From Methanothermobacter marburgensis str. Marburg (GTDB lineage: Archaea; Methanobacteriota; Methanobacteria; Methanobacteriales; Methanothermobacteraceae), in NCBI RefSeq assembly GCF_000145295.1, contig NC_014408.1, forward strand, positions 1,170,001 to 1,202,000: DNA of 32,000 nt, read 5' to 3'. Below are positions 1 through 8,520 of this stretch, one piece after another (positions within the stretch are counted from its first letter, which is position 1; each line of letters starts with the position of its first letter). The notes beneath the pieces are model-generated. The model made no database searches, had not been told where the DNA came from, and worked only from the letters and a program-made list of their open reading frames with translations. Both the position numbers and the translations under genes were made by a program.

Positions 1-320
1 CGTATTCCATGTCTGCGGGGGGTCCAATAGTGGATCCCCGTGTGGAGGCCTTTCTTATAGTCCCCATCTGCCCCTTCAAGCTTAGCGCCAGACCACTGGT
101 TGTCTCCAATAAAAGTGTCATCAGGGTCAAGCTCTTGAGGAAGGGTAAGAAGGCCATCGCGGTGATTGATGGGCAGTACGAGGAGGAGATCAACCACATG
201 GAAGAGGTTGTATTCAAAAAGTCAGATCACTGCGCCCACTTTGTAAGGCTCAGTAAGGACTTCTACAGGAAGGTGCGTGAGAAGCTCATAGAGGGGGGTA
301 TAGACTCAATAAAGAGTTAA
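1..320 (+). CDS. nadK: NAD kinase, C-terminal fragment (gene begins upstream of the window)
   Basis: The open frame runs off the 5' edge. The tail GGPIVDP..FLIVPICPF.LSARPLVV...IDGQ matches conserved C-terminal motifs of PpnK/NadK NAD kinases. Confidence 0.7.
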   Translation, partial: YSMSAGGPIVDPRVEAFLIVPICPFKLSARPLVVSNKSVIRVKLLRKGKKAIAVIDGQYEEEINHMEEVVFKKSDHCAHFVRLSKDFYRKVREKLIEGGIDSIKS

Positions 321-380
321 AGCTGATTCTAAGGGCCTTGTGGTCTCAATGGTTAACCAAAGCCATTTAACTGGACTAAT

Positions 381-530
381 GTTATACAGATGCCCAAAGA
401 CCTCAAAACCATCTCAAAACCCCCAAAAAGGTTATACAGATGACCAATATCTCTAATAGTATTCCAAAACCCCCTAAAAGGTTATACAGATGACCAAAGA
501 TCTGAAAAATGTTTCAAAACCCCTTGTTGT
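381..530 (+). repeat. Three tandem 50-bp direct repeats (units start at 381, 431 and 481). The third unit contains the start of the downstream gene.
   Basis: GTTATACAGATG(A/C)CCAA...TC(A/C)AAAACCCC recurs with an exact 50-nt period. Unit 1 and unit 3 are nearly identical; unit 2 diverges in its middle. Confidence 0.9.
390..493 (+). promoter_or_regulatory. Two chained 17-codon upstream ORFs (390-443 and 440-493), each ending in an ATGA overlap with the next start codon
   Basis: Hand translation gives MPKDLKTISKPPKRLYR-stop and MTNISNSIPKPPKRLYR-stop. TGA 441-443 overlaps ATG 440, and TGA 491-493 overlaps ATG 490. AAAGG lies 9 nt upstream of ATG 440 and ATG 490. Whether they are translated is unproven. 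Confidence 0.35.
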
Positions 531-1812
531 TGACCTCACACATGGTGGAGTTACCATTGCCCGTGAACTGAAAAAAATAGCGGACCATGTCCTGGCATGG
601 GACATATACGGGACACTGAAGGGCTCTGACCATGAAATGCTCCTTGAAATGGGCATCGATGAGGTCGATGGTCCCGTTACTGGATCCACTGTAATAGCAC
701 CTGTTCACTGCCCGGTTAAAGCAGATATAACCCACCATGAGATAACAGGCCTTCTGCTGGGCCCCTGGAAGGAAGCACGTGGGATACCTGTGGTTGAGGT
801 TACAGGCGTAAAGGGTAAGACCAGCGCGGTATGGATACTCAGAAAGATCATGGAGAACCTGAATCCTCTCATCCTGAGCAGCCTGGGGTCCTATGCGGGT
901 TCTGAACTCCTGAGGAGGGATATAAGCATAACCCCCGCCAGTATGATTGAGACCGTGAAGCTTGCAGGTCCCCGTGATTATGGTTCAGCCATCTTTGAGG
1001 TCTCCCTTGGTGGCACGGGCCTTGCAGATGTGGGTGTGCTGACAAATATAGCCGAGGACTACACCATAAGAAGGGGCACATCAAGGGCCAGTTCCGCCAA
1101 GAGGCAGATATTCAAAAGCAGAATGGTCTGCTGCGACCTTCAGGCATTCAACAGGTACTACCGGAATTTTGGGGATAAAACAAACACATTCTCGGTTGAT
1201 GCTGGTGCCAGTGTCCATGCCACCGATATCAGGTACGGCCTTGATTCCACGGTGGCCAGTGTCAGTGTGGAGGACCTTAAGACCATTGATGGTGACCGGA
1301 TCAACACAGAGTTTGGAATTGAAACATTTGCACCGGCAGAGCACCATCTATCAAACGTCCTTGCCGCGGTCAGCGCCGCTCTCACACTTAACCTGGATGT
1401 GAGGGACATCCGGAGGAGGGTTAAGGGCTTCCAGGGGATACCTGGCCGCACATCAATCAGAAAACTGGATGGCTCAAGCATAATAGAGGAGGTGAACCCT
1501 GGTCTGAATGTGAAGGCCGTCGAGTACACACTGAAAATGGCAGAGGACCTCCCTGATCCTGCCGTGATCATAGGTGGAAGGTACGGGGTTACCTGTGAGG
1601 ATATAGATGAGGACAGACTCTCTGGAGTTCTCAGAGAATTCAGTGACCTCAACATCATGTTCACCGATGAACTGGGGTACAGTATAATGAGAAAAACCCG
1701 TAAAAACAGCCCCTACTTTAAGTCCCCTGATGATGCACTGAAGGCTGCCCTTGAACATGAAACCGTGATCCTGATTTACAGGTCAGAGTACCGTGACCTC
1801 TCAAGAAGATGA
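490..1812 (+). CDS. Mur-ligase family ATP-dependent ligase. Candidate coenzyme F430 synthetase (CfbE); the alternative is a pseudomurein peptide ligase.
   Basis: 440-aa ORF with an N-terminal Rossmann-like segment (VVDLTHGGVTIA) and a Mur-ligase P-loop variant (VTGVKGKTS) near residue 105. It lies directly upstream of hemC, a tetrapyrrole gene. I cannot separate the subfamilies by eye. Confidence 0.6.
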   Translation: MTKDLKNVSKPLVVDLTHGGVTIARELKKIADHVLAWDIYGTLKGSDHEMLLEMGIDEVDGPVTGSTVIAPVHCPVKADITHHEITGLLLGPWKEARGIPVVEVTGVKGKTSAVWILRKIMENLNPLILSSLGSYAGSELLRRDISITPASMIETVKLAGPRDYGSAIFEVSLGGTGLADVGVLTNIAEDYTIRRGTSRASSAKRQIFKSRMVCCDLQAFNRYYRNFGDKTNTFSVDAGASVHATDIRYGLDSTVASVSVEDLKTIDGDRINTEFGIETFAPAEHHLSNVLAAVSAALTLNLDVRDIRRRVKGFQGIPGRTSIRKLDGSSIIEEVNPGLNVKAVEYTLKMAEDLPDPAVIIGGRYGVTCEDIDEDRLSGVLREFSDLNIMFTDELGYSIMRKTRKNSPYFKSPDDALKAALEHETVILIYRSEYRDLSRR

Positions 1813-1846
1813 TGAGTAACGCAGGCGTATGTAGTCAGAAATTGGG

Positions 1847-1853
1847 TTTTTTT
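1847..1853 (+). terminator. Oligo-T tract downstream of the Mur-ligase gene
   Basis: GGGTTTTTTT lies 35 nt after the stop codon. Archaeal termination typically occurs at oligo-T runs. Confidence 0.4.
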
Positions 1854-1876
1854 AATAACCGTGACTTTTTAAAAAC

Positions 1877-1885
1877 TTATAAATA
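1877..1885 (+). promoter_or_regulatory. TATA-box-like element upstream of hemC
   Basis: TTATAAATA is preceded by an A-rich BRE-like stretch and lies about 50 nt upstream of the hemC TTG start. Confidence 0.35.
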
Positions 1886-1933
1886 GGATGCCATAAATTT
1901 TTCAAGTGATTAACGTTTACTGGAGATGATTCA

Positions 1934-2803
1934 TTGATAGCTGGAACAAGGGGGAGTCGCCTGGCACTGGTGCAGACCGACCACGTCATTGATATGCTCA
2001 GCGAAATCTGCGGTGAAAGAATCGAAAGGAGAATCATAAAGACAAAGGGTGACAGGATAAAGGATTCCCAGCTTTACAGTATGGACTCAAGGGGCCTCTT
2101 CACAAGGGAACTTGACATAGCAGTCCTTGAGGAGGAGGTTGACTTTGCCGTCCACAGCCTCAAGGACGTCCCCAGTGACCTTGACCCCGAACTTGTGATC
2201 GCAGCGGTACCCCCACGGGAATCCCCCAATGAGGTTCTTGTATCCCGTTTTGACTGGGATGAACTTCCCCCTGCTGCTAAACTTGGAACAAGCAGTCTCC
2301 GGAGGGAAGCATTCTGCAATCACCACCAAAAAAATTTTAAGATGGAGCCCCTAAGAGGAAATATAGATACCAGGATACGAAAGGTGATGGAAGGGGAGGT
2401 CCATGCAACCATAATGGCCGAGGCGGGTTTAAAGCGTCTAGGACTCGAAAATTACATTAAAAAAAGATTCACACTGGAATACTTCACACCCGCCGCTGGG
2501 CAGGGGGCTCTGGCTGTTATAACAAGAAGGGACAGCGAATTGATGGTTTCAATTGAGAAAATAACCCATTACCCCTCCCACCAGGAGGTCACAGCCGAGA
2601 AGACTCTCCTCAGAGAACTGGGTGCCGGCTGCCAGTGCCCACTTGGGGTTATAGCAAGGGCCTCTGATGGAAAGATCAATCTCTATGCTGTTCTTCTAAC
2701 AAGAGATGGTGAGATACTCAAAAGAGTTAATGTTAAAGGATCTGTTGATAAAGCAGAGGAAATCGGTAAAAAAGCTGCCAAAGAAATGGAGGATTATATT
2801 TGA
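1934..2803 (+). CDS. hemC: Porphobilinogen deaminase (hydroxymethylbilane synthase)
   Basis: N-terminal IAGTRGSRLALVQT, then GNIDTR and GCQCPLG (cofactor-binding Cys). Length of 289 aa is typical. The start is TTG, because the nearby in-frame ATG is followed by a stop. Confidence 0.95.
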   Translation: MIAGTRGSRLALVQTDHVIDMLSEICGERIERRIIKTKGDRIKDSQLYSMDSRGLFTRELDIAVLEEEVDFAVHSLKDVPSDLDPELVIAAVPPRESPNEVLVSRFDWDELPPAAKLGTSSLRREAFCNHHQKNFKMEPLRGNIDTRIRKVMEGEVHATIMAEAGLKRLGLENYIKKRFTLEYFTPAAGQGALAVITRRDSELMVSIEKITHYPSHQEVTAEKTLLRELGAGCQCPLGVIARASDGKINLYAVLLTRDGEILKRVNVKGSVDKAEEIGKKAAKEMEDYI

Positions 2804-3756
2804 AAAAGATAAATGTGGGTGTAATCGGCGTTGGAGCCATGGGTTACAACCATGCCAGGGTTTACTACAGACTTAAAAATGCGAATCTCATGGCCGTATC
2901 CGACATAATGAAGGGAACACTCCAGAAGGTTGCCAACAAGTACGATGCTGTAGGTTATGTGGACTACGAGAACCTCCTTGAGATACCAGAGATAGAGGTA
3001 GTCAGTGTCTGCGTGCCAACCACCCACCATTACCGTGTGGTCATGGACGCCCTTGAACACGATAAACACGTCCTTGTGGAAAAGCCCATTGCATTCACAC
3101 TTGAAGAGGCCAAGGAGATGGTGAAAACAGCCCGTAGGAAGGGTCTGAAGCTGGGGACAGGGCATGTTGAAAGGTTCAACCCTGCTGTTCAGAAGGCAAA
3201 GGAGTTAATTGAGAATGATGTGATAGGGGACGTGGTTTCTGCATCTGCAAAGAGGGTCGGCCCATTCCCCCCAAGGATAAAGGACGTTGGTGTTACAATT
3301 GACCTGGCGATACATGACCTTGATGTCATGCACTACCTCTTCAGCGAACCTGTGGCAGAGGTCTATGCGGTCATGGGCAGCATACTCGAGAAGTGTGAGT
3401 ATGAGGACCATGCAGAGATAATGACAAAGTTCAGAAGCGGGATCACAGGGATACTTGAGGTTAACTGGCTCACACCCTACAAGAGGAGGAAGCTCGCCAT
3501 CACAGGAACAGATGGCATAATAAACGTTGACTATATCGATCAGAAACTGGATGTGTACGGTAAATTCGCCCAGGACATCCAGATCAAACATGAGGAACCC
3601 CTCAGGAATGAAATCAAATCATTCCTCTCATCGGTTATCAACGATGAGGAGCCTGAGATAACCGGTGAGGACGGCATATACGCCCTTAGAACTGTACTTG
3701 CAGCCATGAAATCTGCGAGGGAACACAGGCCCGTGAAACTTAACGGTGATATTTGA
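2800..3756 (+). CDS. Gfo/Idh/MocA family NAD(P)-dependent oxidoreductase (sugar or nucleotide-sugar dehydrogenase type)
   Basis: N-terminal Rossmann motif [13 protein letters not shown] and the EKP motif (VLVEKPIA). The TTG start overlaps the hemC stop (TTGA). Confidence 0.85.
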   Translation: MKKINVGVIGVGAMGYNHARVYYRLKNANLMAVSDIMKGTLQKVANKYDAVGYVDYENLLEIPEIEVVSVCVPTTHHYRVVMDALEHDKHVLVEKPIAFTLEEAKEMVKTARRKGLKLGTGHVERFNPAVQKAKELIENDVIGDVVSASAKRVGPFPPRIKDVGVTIDLAIHDLDVMHYLFSEPVAEVYAVMGSILEKCEYEDHAEIMTKFRSGITGILEVNWLTPYKRRKLAITGTDGIINVDYIDQKLDVYGKFAQDIQIKHEEPLRNEIKSFLSSVINDEEPEITGEDGIYALRTVLAAMKSAREHRPVKLNGDI

Positions 3757-3766
3757 GGTGCTTGTA

Positions 3767-4375
3767 ATGGAGAATGAACTTATAAAGAAGGCCAGGGAAC
3801 TGAGGAAAAGGGGTTTTACAACAGGGGAAATTGCAGATGAACTGAACGTATCCAAGGATACTGCCAGGTGGCTGACGCTTCAGACCGCCAGTTCAGTTTC
3901 CCCAAAGGAGGTCCCTGTGGATTTTGCCATTAACTGGGAGAGCCTCGGTGGCAGTTCATCCCGTATGAGGTATGTTTCGGCTGCAATGGCAGACATGGCA
4001 CTCAAGTACGGTGTTGCAGATGTTGTGCTCGGTATAGCCATAAGCGGAATACCATTCGCCACCCTCATGGCAGATGTCATGGGGGCTGAGACAGGTCTTG
4101 AAACATCCCTTGCCGTCTTCCACCCCGTGAAACACAGGAAGGATGAGGGGGCAGAGGGCGCCATTAGCAGCAACTTTGCAAAGGTGAAGGGCAAGAGGGT
4201 TGTGGTTGTTGATGATGTGATAACCAGCGGGAGGACCATAGGTGAGGTTGTAAGGGTCCTCAGGGAGCAGGGAGCAAAACCCCTGGCTGTCACCGTCCTC
4301 ATAGATAAGAAGGGGATCTCAGAGGTTGATGGTGTACCTGTTGAGTCACTCATAAGGGTCAGCAGGCTTGGCTGA
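3767..4375 (+). CDS. PyrE-like protein / GfcR-family regulator (N-terminal HTH fused to a phosphoribosyltransferase domain)
   Basis: HTH-like [24 protein letters not shown] followed by the PRTase motif [19 protein letters not shown] lies 6 nt upstream of ATG 3767, so this start is preferred over the GTG at 3746. Confidence 0.85.
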   Translation: MENELIKKARELRKRGFTTGEIADELNVSKDTARWLTLQTASSVSPKEVPVDFAINWESLGGSSSRMRYVSAAMADMALKYGVADVVLGIAISGIPFATLMADVMGAETGLETSLAVFHPVKHRKDEGAEGAISSNFAKVKGKRVVVVDDVITSGRTIGEVVRVLREQGAKPLAVTVLIDKKGISEVDGVPVESLIRVSRLG

Positions 4376-4447
4376 TAACTGCCCCAATCTCATTTATCCC
4401 AACCTAACCTAATCATCCCAAAGACTTTTCTTATTCTCTAAAAGTCT

Positions 4448-4482
4448 GAGGTTTTATCCTAAAAACCTCTTCTTGGTTTTTT
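4448..4482 (+). terminator. Hairpin plus T6 tract downstream of the PyrE-like gene
   Basis: GAGGTTTT (4448-4455) pairs with AAAACCTC (4462-4469), followed by TTTTTT at 4477-4482. Confidence 0.45.
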
Positions 4483-4725
4483 GCCGTATTTAACCTTTTA
4501 ACTGGTTTTAAACCTCAGAATATCATCCCATCCAGTCAAATGTGTCCTTCAGACACCTGTATACTCAACTCCATTTTTTAAATGAATTCAGCGATCTCCC
4601 TGGCACTGGCTGGCGGATCAGATGATTGATTAAAAGATTACCACAATATCATCCAATTTTGAATTACCTTTTCAGATAATAATTGGTAGATATCGATAAG
4701 GTTTCATTTAAACATAGTTAATACT

Positions 4726-5610
4726 ATGTCAGGCCATTTATATGAAACCGGTTTTCTGAAAAACGTCAAAATTTTAAGGGAATTTCTTTCAACCCTGAAA
4801 GACCTTTTCGTCTATGGTGGAATTCTTCCGGCGCTCTGGGGGCCATCACTTCTTCTGGCATCCTCAACACTTCTCGAAGGACATTGCAGCCCCATAACTG
4901 CACTGATATCCTTCATGCTCCCCCTCACGGTGTACGCCTACGACTACCTTGCAGACTCCAAAGTAGATTCACTCACGGACCCCCGGAGATCCTGTTTCAG
5001 CGAACGGTGGGGTAAACCGATTATTGCATCCTGTGCAGCCACACTCATCCTTCTGCTTGGTATGTGCAGGGATCCGCTCATGGCGACCCTCACTGTAATC
5101 CTTCTGGTGGCGGGGGTTCTCTACACGGGATTCTTCAAGGGTTTCACCAGAAGGATCACAGGCTTTAAAAATATCTACCTGGGCCTCATATGGAGTTCAT
5201 GGACCGTTATACCCGTAGCTCCCCATGCCCTCACAGCATCCCACCTCGTGGTGTTCACCTTCATTTTTCTGAAGGTATATGTGAACACGGCCTTCAGTGA
5301 CTATAAGGATGTTGAATCAGACAGGCTGAAGGGACTCAAAACACTTCCTGCAGTTTACGGTGAAAATAGGAGTTCAGTTATCCTGCAGGTTATAAACGCG
5401 ACTGAAGCTGTTATTCTGTGTGCTGGCATTCTCCTTGGACTTGTACCTGGAATCGGTGTCGCTGCAGTGATCCTTGCCATCTACACTGGACTTTACCTGC
5501 ACCTGAAAGGGGAGATGGACATAAAAGTAGCCACACTCATTGCAGACCTGGAGGGCCCCCTTCACATCATACTCATTCTGGGATCCCTTAGGGTTCCATT
5601 AACCCTCTGA
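4726..5610 (+). CDS. UbiA-family membrane prenyltransferase
   Basis: Polytopic hydrophobic protein with two Asp-rich motifs (YDYLADSKVD and DYKDVESDRLKGLKTLP), as in UbiA prenyltransferases. Substrate unknown. Confidence 0.8.
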   Translation: MSGHLYETGFLKNVKILREFLSTLKDLFVYGGILPALWGPSLLLASSTLLEGHCSPITALISFMLPLTVYAYDYLADSKVDSLTDPRRSCFSERWGKPIIASCAATLILLLGMCRDPLMATLTVILLVAGVLYTGFFKGFTRRITGFKNIYLGLIWSSWTVIPVAPHALTASHLVVFTFIFLKVYVNTAFSDYKDVESDRLKGLKTLPAVYGENRSSVILQVINATEAVILCAGILLGLVPGIGVAAVILAIYTGLYLHLKGEMDIKVATLIADLEGPLHIILILGSLRVPLTL

Positions 5611-5614
5611 ATGA

Positions 5615-6838
5615 TCAGGGGCGGTACCTCAGTATCGCCCCTATACCCCCAAAGGCCCTCAGGAGCTGCATGCCCTCCTCTGTCTCTGTTGATATGATCT
5701 CAACCTCGGTTCCAACCTCCTCAGCCATTTCAACCAGGTCATCGATCATATCCCTCCTGTCTGAGAGCCTCATCTGATCGTTACATGATGGACAGATTTC
5801 GGTGTCCGGTAGATCCTTACCTGTCTTCTCCATGCTGTGACCACACGATGCGCACTCGTAGGTTCCCCTCTGGTATTTGAGGTCCTCTGAGAGAAGGAGA
5901 ACCTCAACTGCACCCATCTGGAGGTGCTGTCGGACCTCCCTCTCACCATAGGATGCAAGTCCATCCTCATTTATGAGTTCCCTGAGGAAGCGCTGGACCA
6001 GTTTCTTCTCCCTCATCACATCAATTTCACTCAGGACGTCCATGGACTTGTCGATAACCTCCCTGATACCAAATTCCCCTGTGTACGATGTGTCCACCGT
6101 GGTTATGACCTTCTTCTTGAGTTCATGGTGAAGGTAGTCCCCGTTCAGGAACTCCTCCTTGGTGTGGCCGGGGCCCCCGAGGATGATGCCCTTGAGGTCC
6201 TCTATCTGGAGGAATGCCTCGTTCATGTGCTCACCTATCCTCTTGAGGAACTCGTGGGCTGCCAGGTCTATGAGGCGGTCGAACCTCCTCTGGGACTGAC
6301 CGCCCGCCTTGTGCTTACCTGGCACGCCACTTGTTAGGGTCTTGAGGATGTCTATCCTCTTACCCCTAAGGGTTGCGATGGTCGCCTCCTTCCTGTCAAG
6401 TACAGCCAGACCATAGGTCTCCTTCTCCTCAAGCATCTCCTTCAGGGGTTCAAGGTAGAACTCCGAGTTACAGTGGTATATGTAGGTCTTTATGGGTTCA
6501 GGTGGCTCGAAGACGTAGGTTTCCATCTTCTCTGTGCCGGGACCTCCCCTGGGAACCATTCCCACGAACATCACAAGGCCCTTCTCGGGTGGTCTCGGGA
6601 AAAGCTTCAGCCTCTGCATTATAACCTCAATTGCTGACTGCACATTCTTCTTGGTCTGCTTGCTCTTGATGTTGGCGCTCTGGCTCAGTTCCTCCCTCAT
6701 ATGCTTTGCAACGTCACTGATCTGCCTGTCTGGGGGTATGTATACCGATACAAGCTCTGTCCCCCTTCCCCTCTTATCCGAGAGTTCCTGGAGGGTTCTC
6801 TTGAATTCGAAAAGCTCCTTTGATGATGGTTCACTCAC
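5615..6838 (-). CDS. prf1: Peptide chain release factor aRF1
   Basis: Contains the NIKS codon-recognition motif, the GGQ motif ([10 protein letters not shown]) and a C-terminal Zn-ribbon insert (CASCGH...CPSC). The start is GTG, preceded by GAGGAGTGAT. Confidence 0.97.
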   Translation of the reverse strand: MSEPSSKELFEFKRTLQELSDKRGRGTELVSVYIPPDRQISDVAKHMREELSQSANIKSKQTKKNVQSAIEVIMQRLKLFPRPPEKGLVMFVGMVPRGGPGTEKMETYVFEPPEPIKTYIYHCNSEFYLEPLKEMLEEKETYGLAVLDRKEATIATLRGKRIDILKTLTSGVPGKHKAGGQSQRRFDRLIDLAAHEFLKRIGEHMNEAFLQIEDLKGIILGGPGHTKEEFLNGDYLHHELKKKVITTVDTSYTGEFGIREVIDKSMDVLSEIDVMREKKLVQRFLRELINEDGLASYGEREVRQHLQMGAVEVLLLSEDLKYQRGTYECASCGHSMEKTGKDLPDTEICPSCNDQMRLSDRRDMIDDLVEMAEEVGTEVEIISTETEEGMQLLRAFGGIGAILRYRP

Positions 6839-6991
6839 TATGAATCACTCCTCATGAAAATGATAAAATAAACTGTAACTGTATATGGGGCGGGGTAATT
6901 ATAAAGTTTACTGGATGGCGGGAGAAAAGATATAAGTGGATTCAATCATAACTGGAAAGGAAGAGTCAACTAATTTTCGCGGTGGATCGTT

Positions 6992-7666
6992 ATGAGAATT
7001 GTTATTACCATTGGAGGATCAATCCTGATAAGTGAATTCACACATGAAATGTTCAGGGCATATGCCGATATTCTGAATTCACTGAGGAATGAACATGAAC
7101 TGTTTGTGGTTGTGGGTGGTGGCAGACCAGCCCGTGATTACATAGGGGTTGCAAGGAAGCTGGGGGCGGGGGAGGCCCAGTGCGATGATATAGGAATTGA
7201 TGTCACCAGGTTAAATGCAAGGGTCCTGATAACAGCCCTGGGTGAAAGTGCGTACCCATCTGTACCTGAAAACTTCAGGGAAGCCGTCAGGTTTGCAGCT
7301 TCGGGCAGAATAGTGGTAATGGGTGGTACGGAGCCTGCCCACAGCACCGACGCAGTTGGGGCGATACTGGCTGAAACCGTTGGGGCCGACCTCATGATAA
7401 ACCTCACATCGGTTGACGGTTTCTATGACAGGGACCCCCAGAAGTACCCGGATGCGAGGTTCTACCCTGAGATCAGCGCCAGTGAGATGCTGGAGCACCT
7501 CAGCGAATCTGATGTTAAGGCCGGCACCTACGAGTTCTTTGACCATACAGCCCTGAAGATGATAAAGAGGTCAGGGATAAAAACCATCATAGCCAATGGC
7601 AGTGACCCTGAGAACCTCCTGCGGGCAATCGATGGTGGGATAGGAACCACTGTTATCCCTGAATAA
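6992..7666 (+). CDS. pyrH: Uridylate (UMP) kinase, archaeal type
   Basis: [16 protein letters not shown] and the amino-acid-kinase fold motifs ([12 protein letters not shown]). Length 224 aa. Confidence 0.95.
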   Translation: MRIVITIGGSILISEFTHEMFRAYADILNSLRNEHELFVVVGGGRPARDYIGVARKLGAGEAQCDDIGIDVTRLNARVLITALGESAYPSVPENFREAVRFAASGRIVVMGGTEPAHSTDAVGAILAETVGADLMINLTSVDGFYDRDPQKYPDARFYPEISASEMLEHLSESDVKAGTYEFFDHTALKMIKRSGIKTIIANGSDPENLLRAIDGGIGTTVIPE

Positions 7667-7743
7667 ATGTGGAAACCTAAATTCATCAGGTGGGATAGGA
7701 ACCACTGTTATCCCTGAATAAATTTAGAAGTTTAAATTCATCA
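7634..7743 (+). repeat. 55-bp tandem duplication (7634-7688 and 7689-7743) covering the last 10 codons, the stop codon and the downstream flank of pyrH
   Basis: The first 35 nt (GGTGGGATAGGAACCACTGTTATCCCTGAATAAAT) and the last 11 nt (TAAATTCATCA) are identical in both units. The 9 nt between them differ. Confidence 0.95.
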
Positions 7744-7762
7744 AAAAATGGAGGTAAAGAGA

Positions 7763-7951
7763 ATGGTTGAACCGCACAAGCACTGTCCTGTATGCAGCAC
7801 CCCCATACCCATGGATGAGGTGACCTGTTCAGAGAGGTGCCAGGAGATCCTATCAAAGAATCAGCAGAGGGTGAGGAGAACAAGGACAATCTTCTACCTT
7901 GTATTCGCGCTTTTCATTGTGGTGTGGGTTGTGCTCTCAATAAAAAGGTAG
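7763..7951 (+). CDS. DUF2116-like Zn-ribbon protein with a C-terminal membrane anchor
   Basis: HKHCPVCSTPIP...CSERC zinc ribbon followed by a hydrophobic tail (IFYLVFALFIVVWVVLSI). GGAGGT lies 7 nt upstream of ATG 7763, so this start is preferred over ATG 7748. Confidence 0.6.
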   Translation: MVEPHKHCPVCSTPIPMDEVTCSERCQEILSKNQQRVRRTRTIFYLVFALFIVVWVVLSIKR

Positions 7952-7970
7952 CTGATTTTATTCGGGTGGC

Positions 7971-8453
7971 TCATGGTGACCTCAGCACCGCCACCCCATA
8001 AACAACAAGTATAAGACCAACTGCGACACCCACGAAGGCAGGGTTGAATGAGAGCGCCCCCATAAGGATGTATATGACCCCCAGGATGGCGCTGATTATA
8101 CCGGCATTTCTTTTCAGGTAACTCTGGGAACCCGCTGCAAGTATCAGTATCGCCGCAACAAGCAGGAGGATGCCTGTAACGTAAAGCCAGACCCCGGCAA
8201 GTTGATTTATGAGGAAGACCCTGAATACCAGCATAAGGCCAACTGCGAGGGTTATAACTGCAAATATCATCCAGAGTACCCCCACCTCCATGTACCTCCT
8301 GGCCATGATGGCATTTGCAAGCATCCACACGCCAAGGCCCGAGAGCACAAGACCCGTGAGTATGCTTATGGCTGTTACACCTGAGATCGGAGATACAAGA
8401 AATACAATACCGAGAATAACCGAGAGGAGACCCATCCATTTTTTCAGCATCAT
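7971..8453 (-). CDS. HdeD/DUF308-like integral membrane protein
   Basis: 160 aa, almost entirely made of repeated hydrophobic helix pairs (GILLLVAAILILAAG and similar). The hydrophobic periodicity favours this frame over the overlapping 181-aa ORF. Confidence 0.6.
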   Translation of the reverse strand: MMLKKWMGLLSVILGIVFLVSPISGVTAISILTGLVLSGLGVWMLANAIMARRYMEVGVLWMIFAVITLAVGLMLVFRVFLINQLAGVWLYVTGILLLVAAILILAAGSQSYLKRNAGIISAILGVIYILMGALSFNPAFVGVAVGLILVVYGVAVLRSP

Positions 8454-8520
8454 CTCACCGGTCTGTTATTATGTTCATCTGATTTTATATATTTTATGAA
8501 ATTTCATCTGATTTTTACAT

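Noticed and set aside
1158-1664. 168-aa ORF antisense to the Mur-ligase gene
   Set aside because: It is a shadow ORF opposite a well-supported gene. The translation is low-complexity (S/R/P/L-rich) with no recognisable motif and no SD.
1809-1815. ATGATGA resembling a C box of a C/D box sRNA, overlapping the Mur-ligase stop codon
   Set aside because: There is no matching D (CTGA), C' or D' box at appropriate spacing, and no terminal stem.
3880-4353. 157-aa ORF antisense to the PyrE-like gene
   Set aside because: It lies entirely within a gene carrying a clear PRTase motif, and its S/T/P-rich composition is typical of antisense frames.
7894-8439. 181-aa alternative-frame ORF on the same strand as the DUF308 gene
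   Set aside because: The product is Cys/His/Gly/Pro-rich with no family resemblance. The other frame gives a coherent multi-TM protein.
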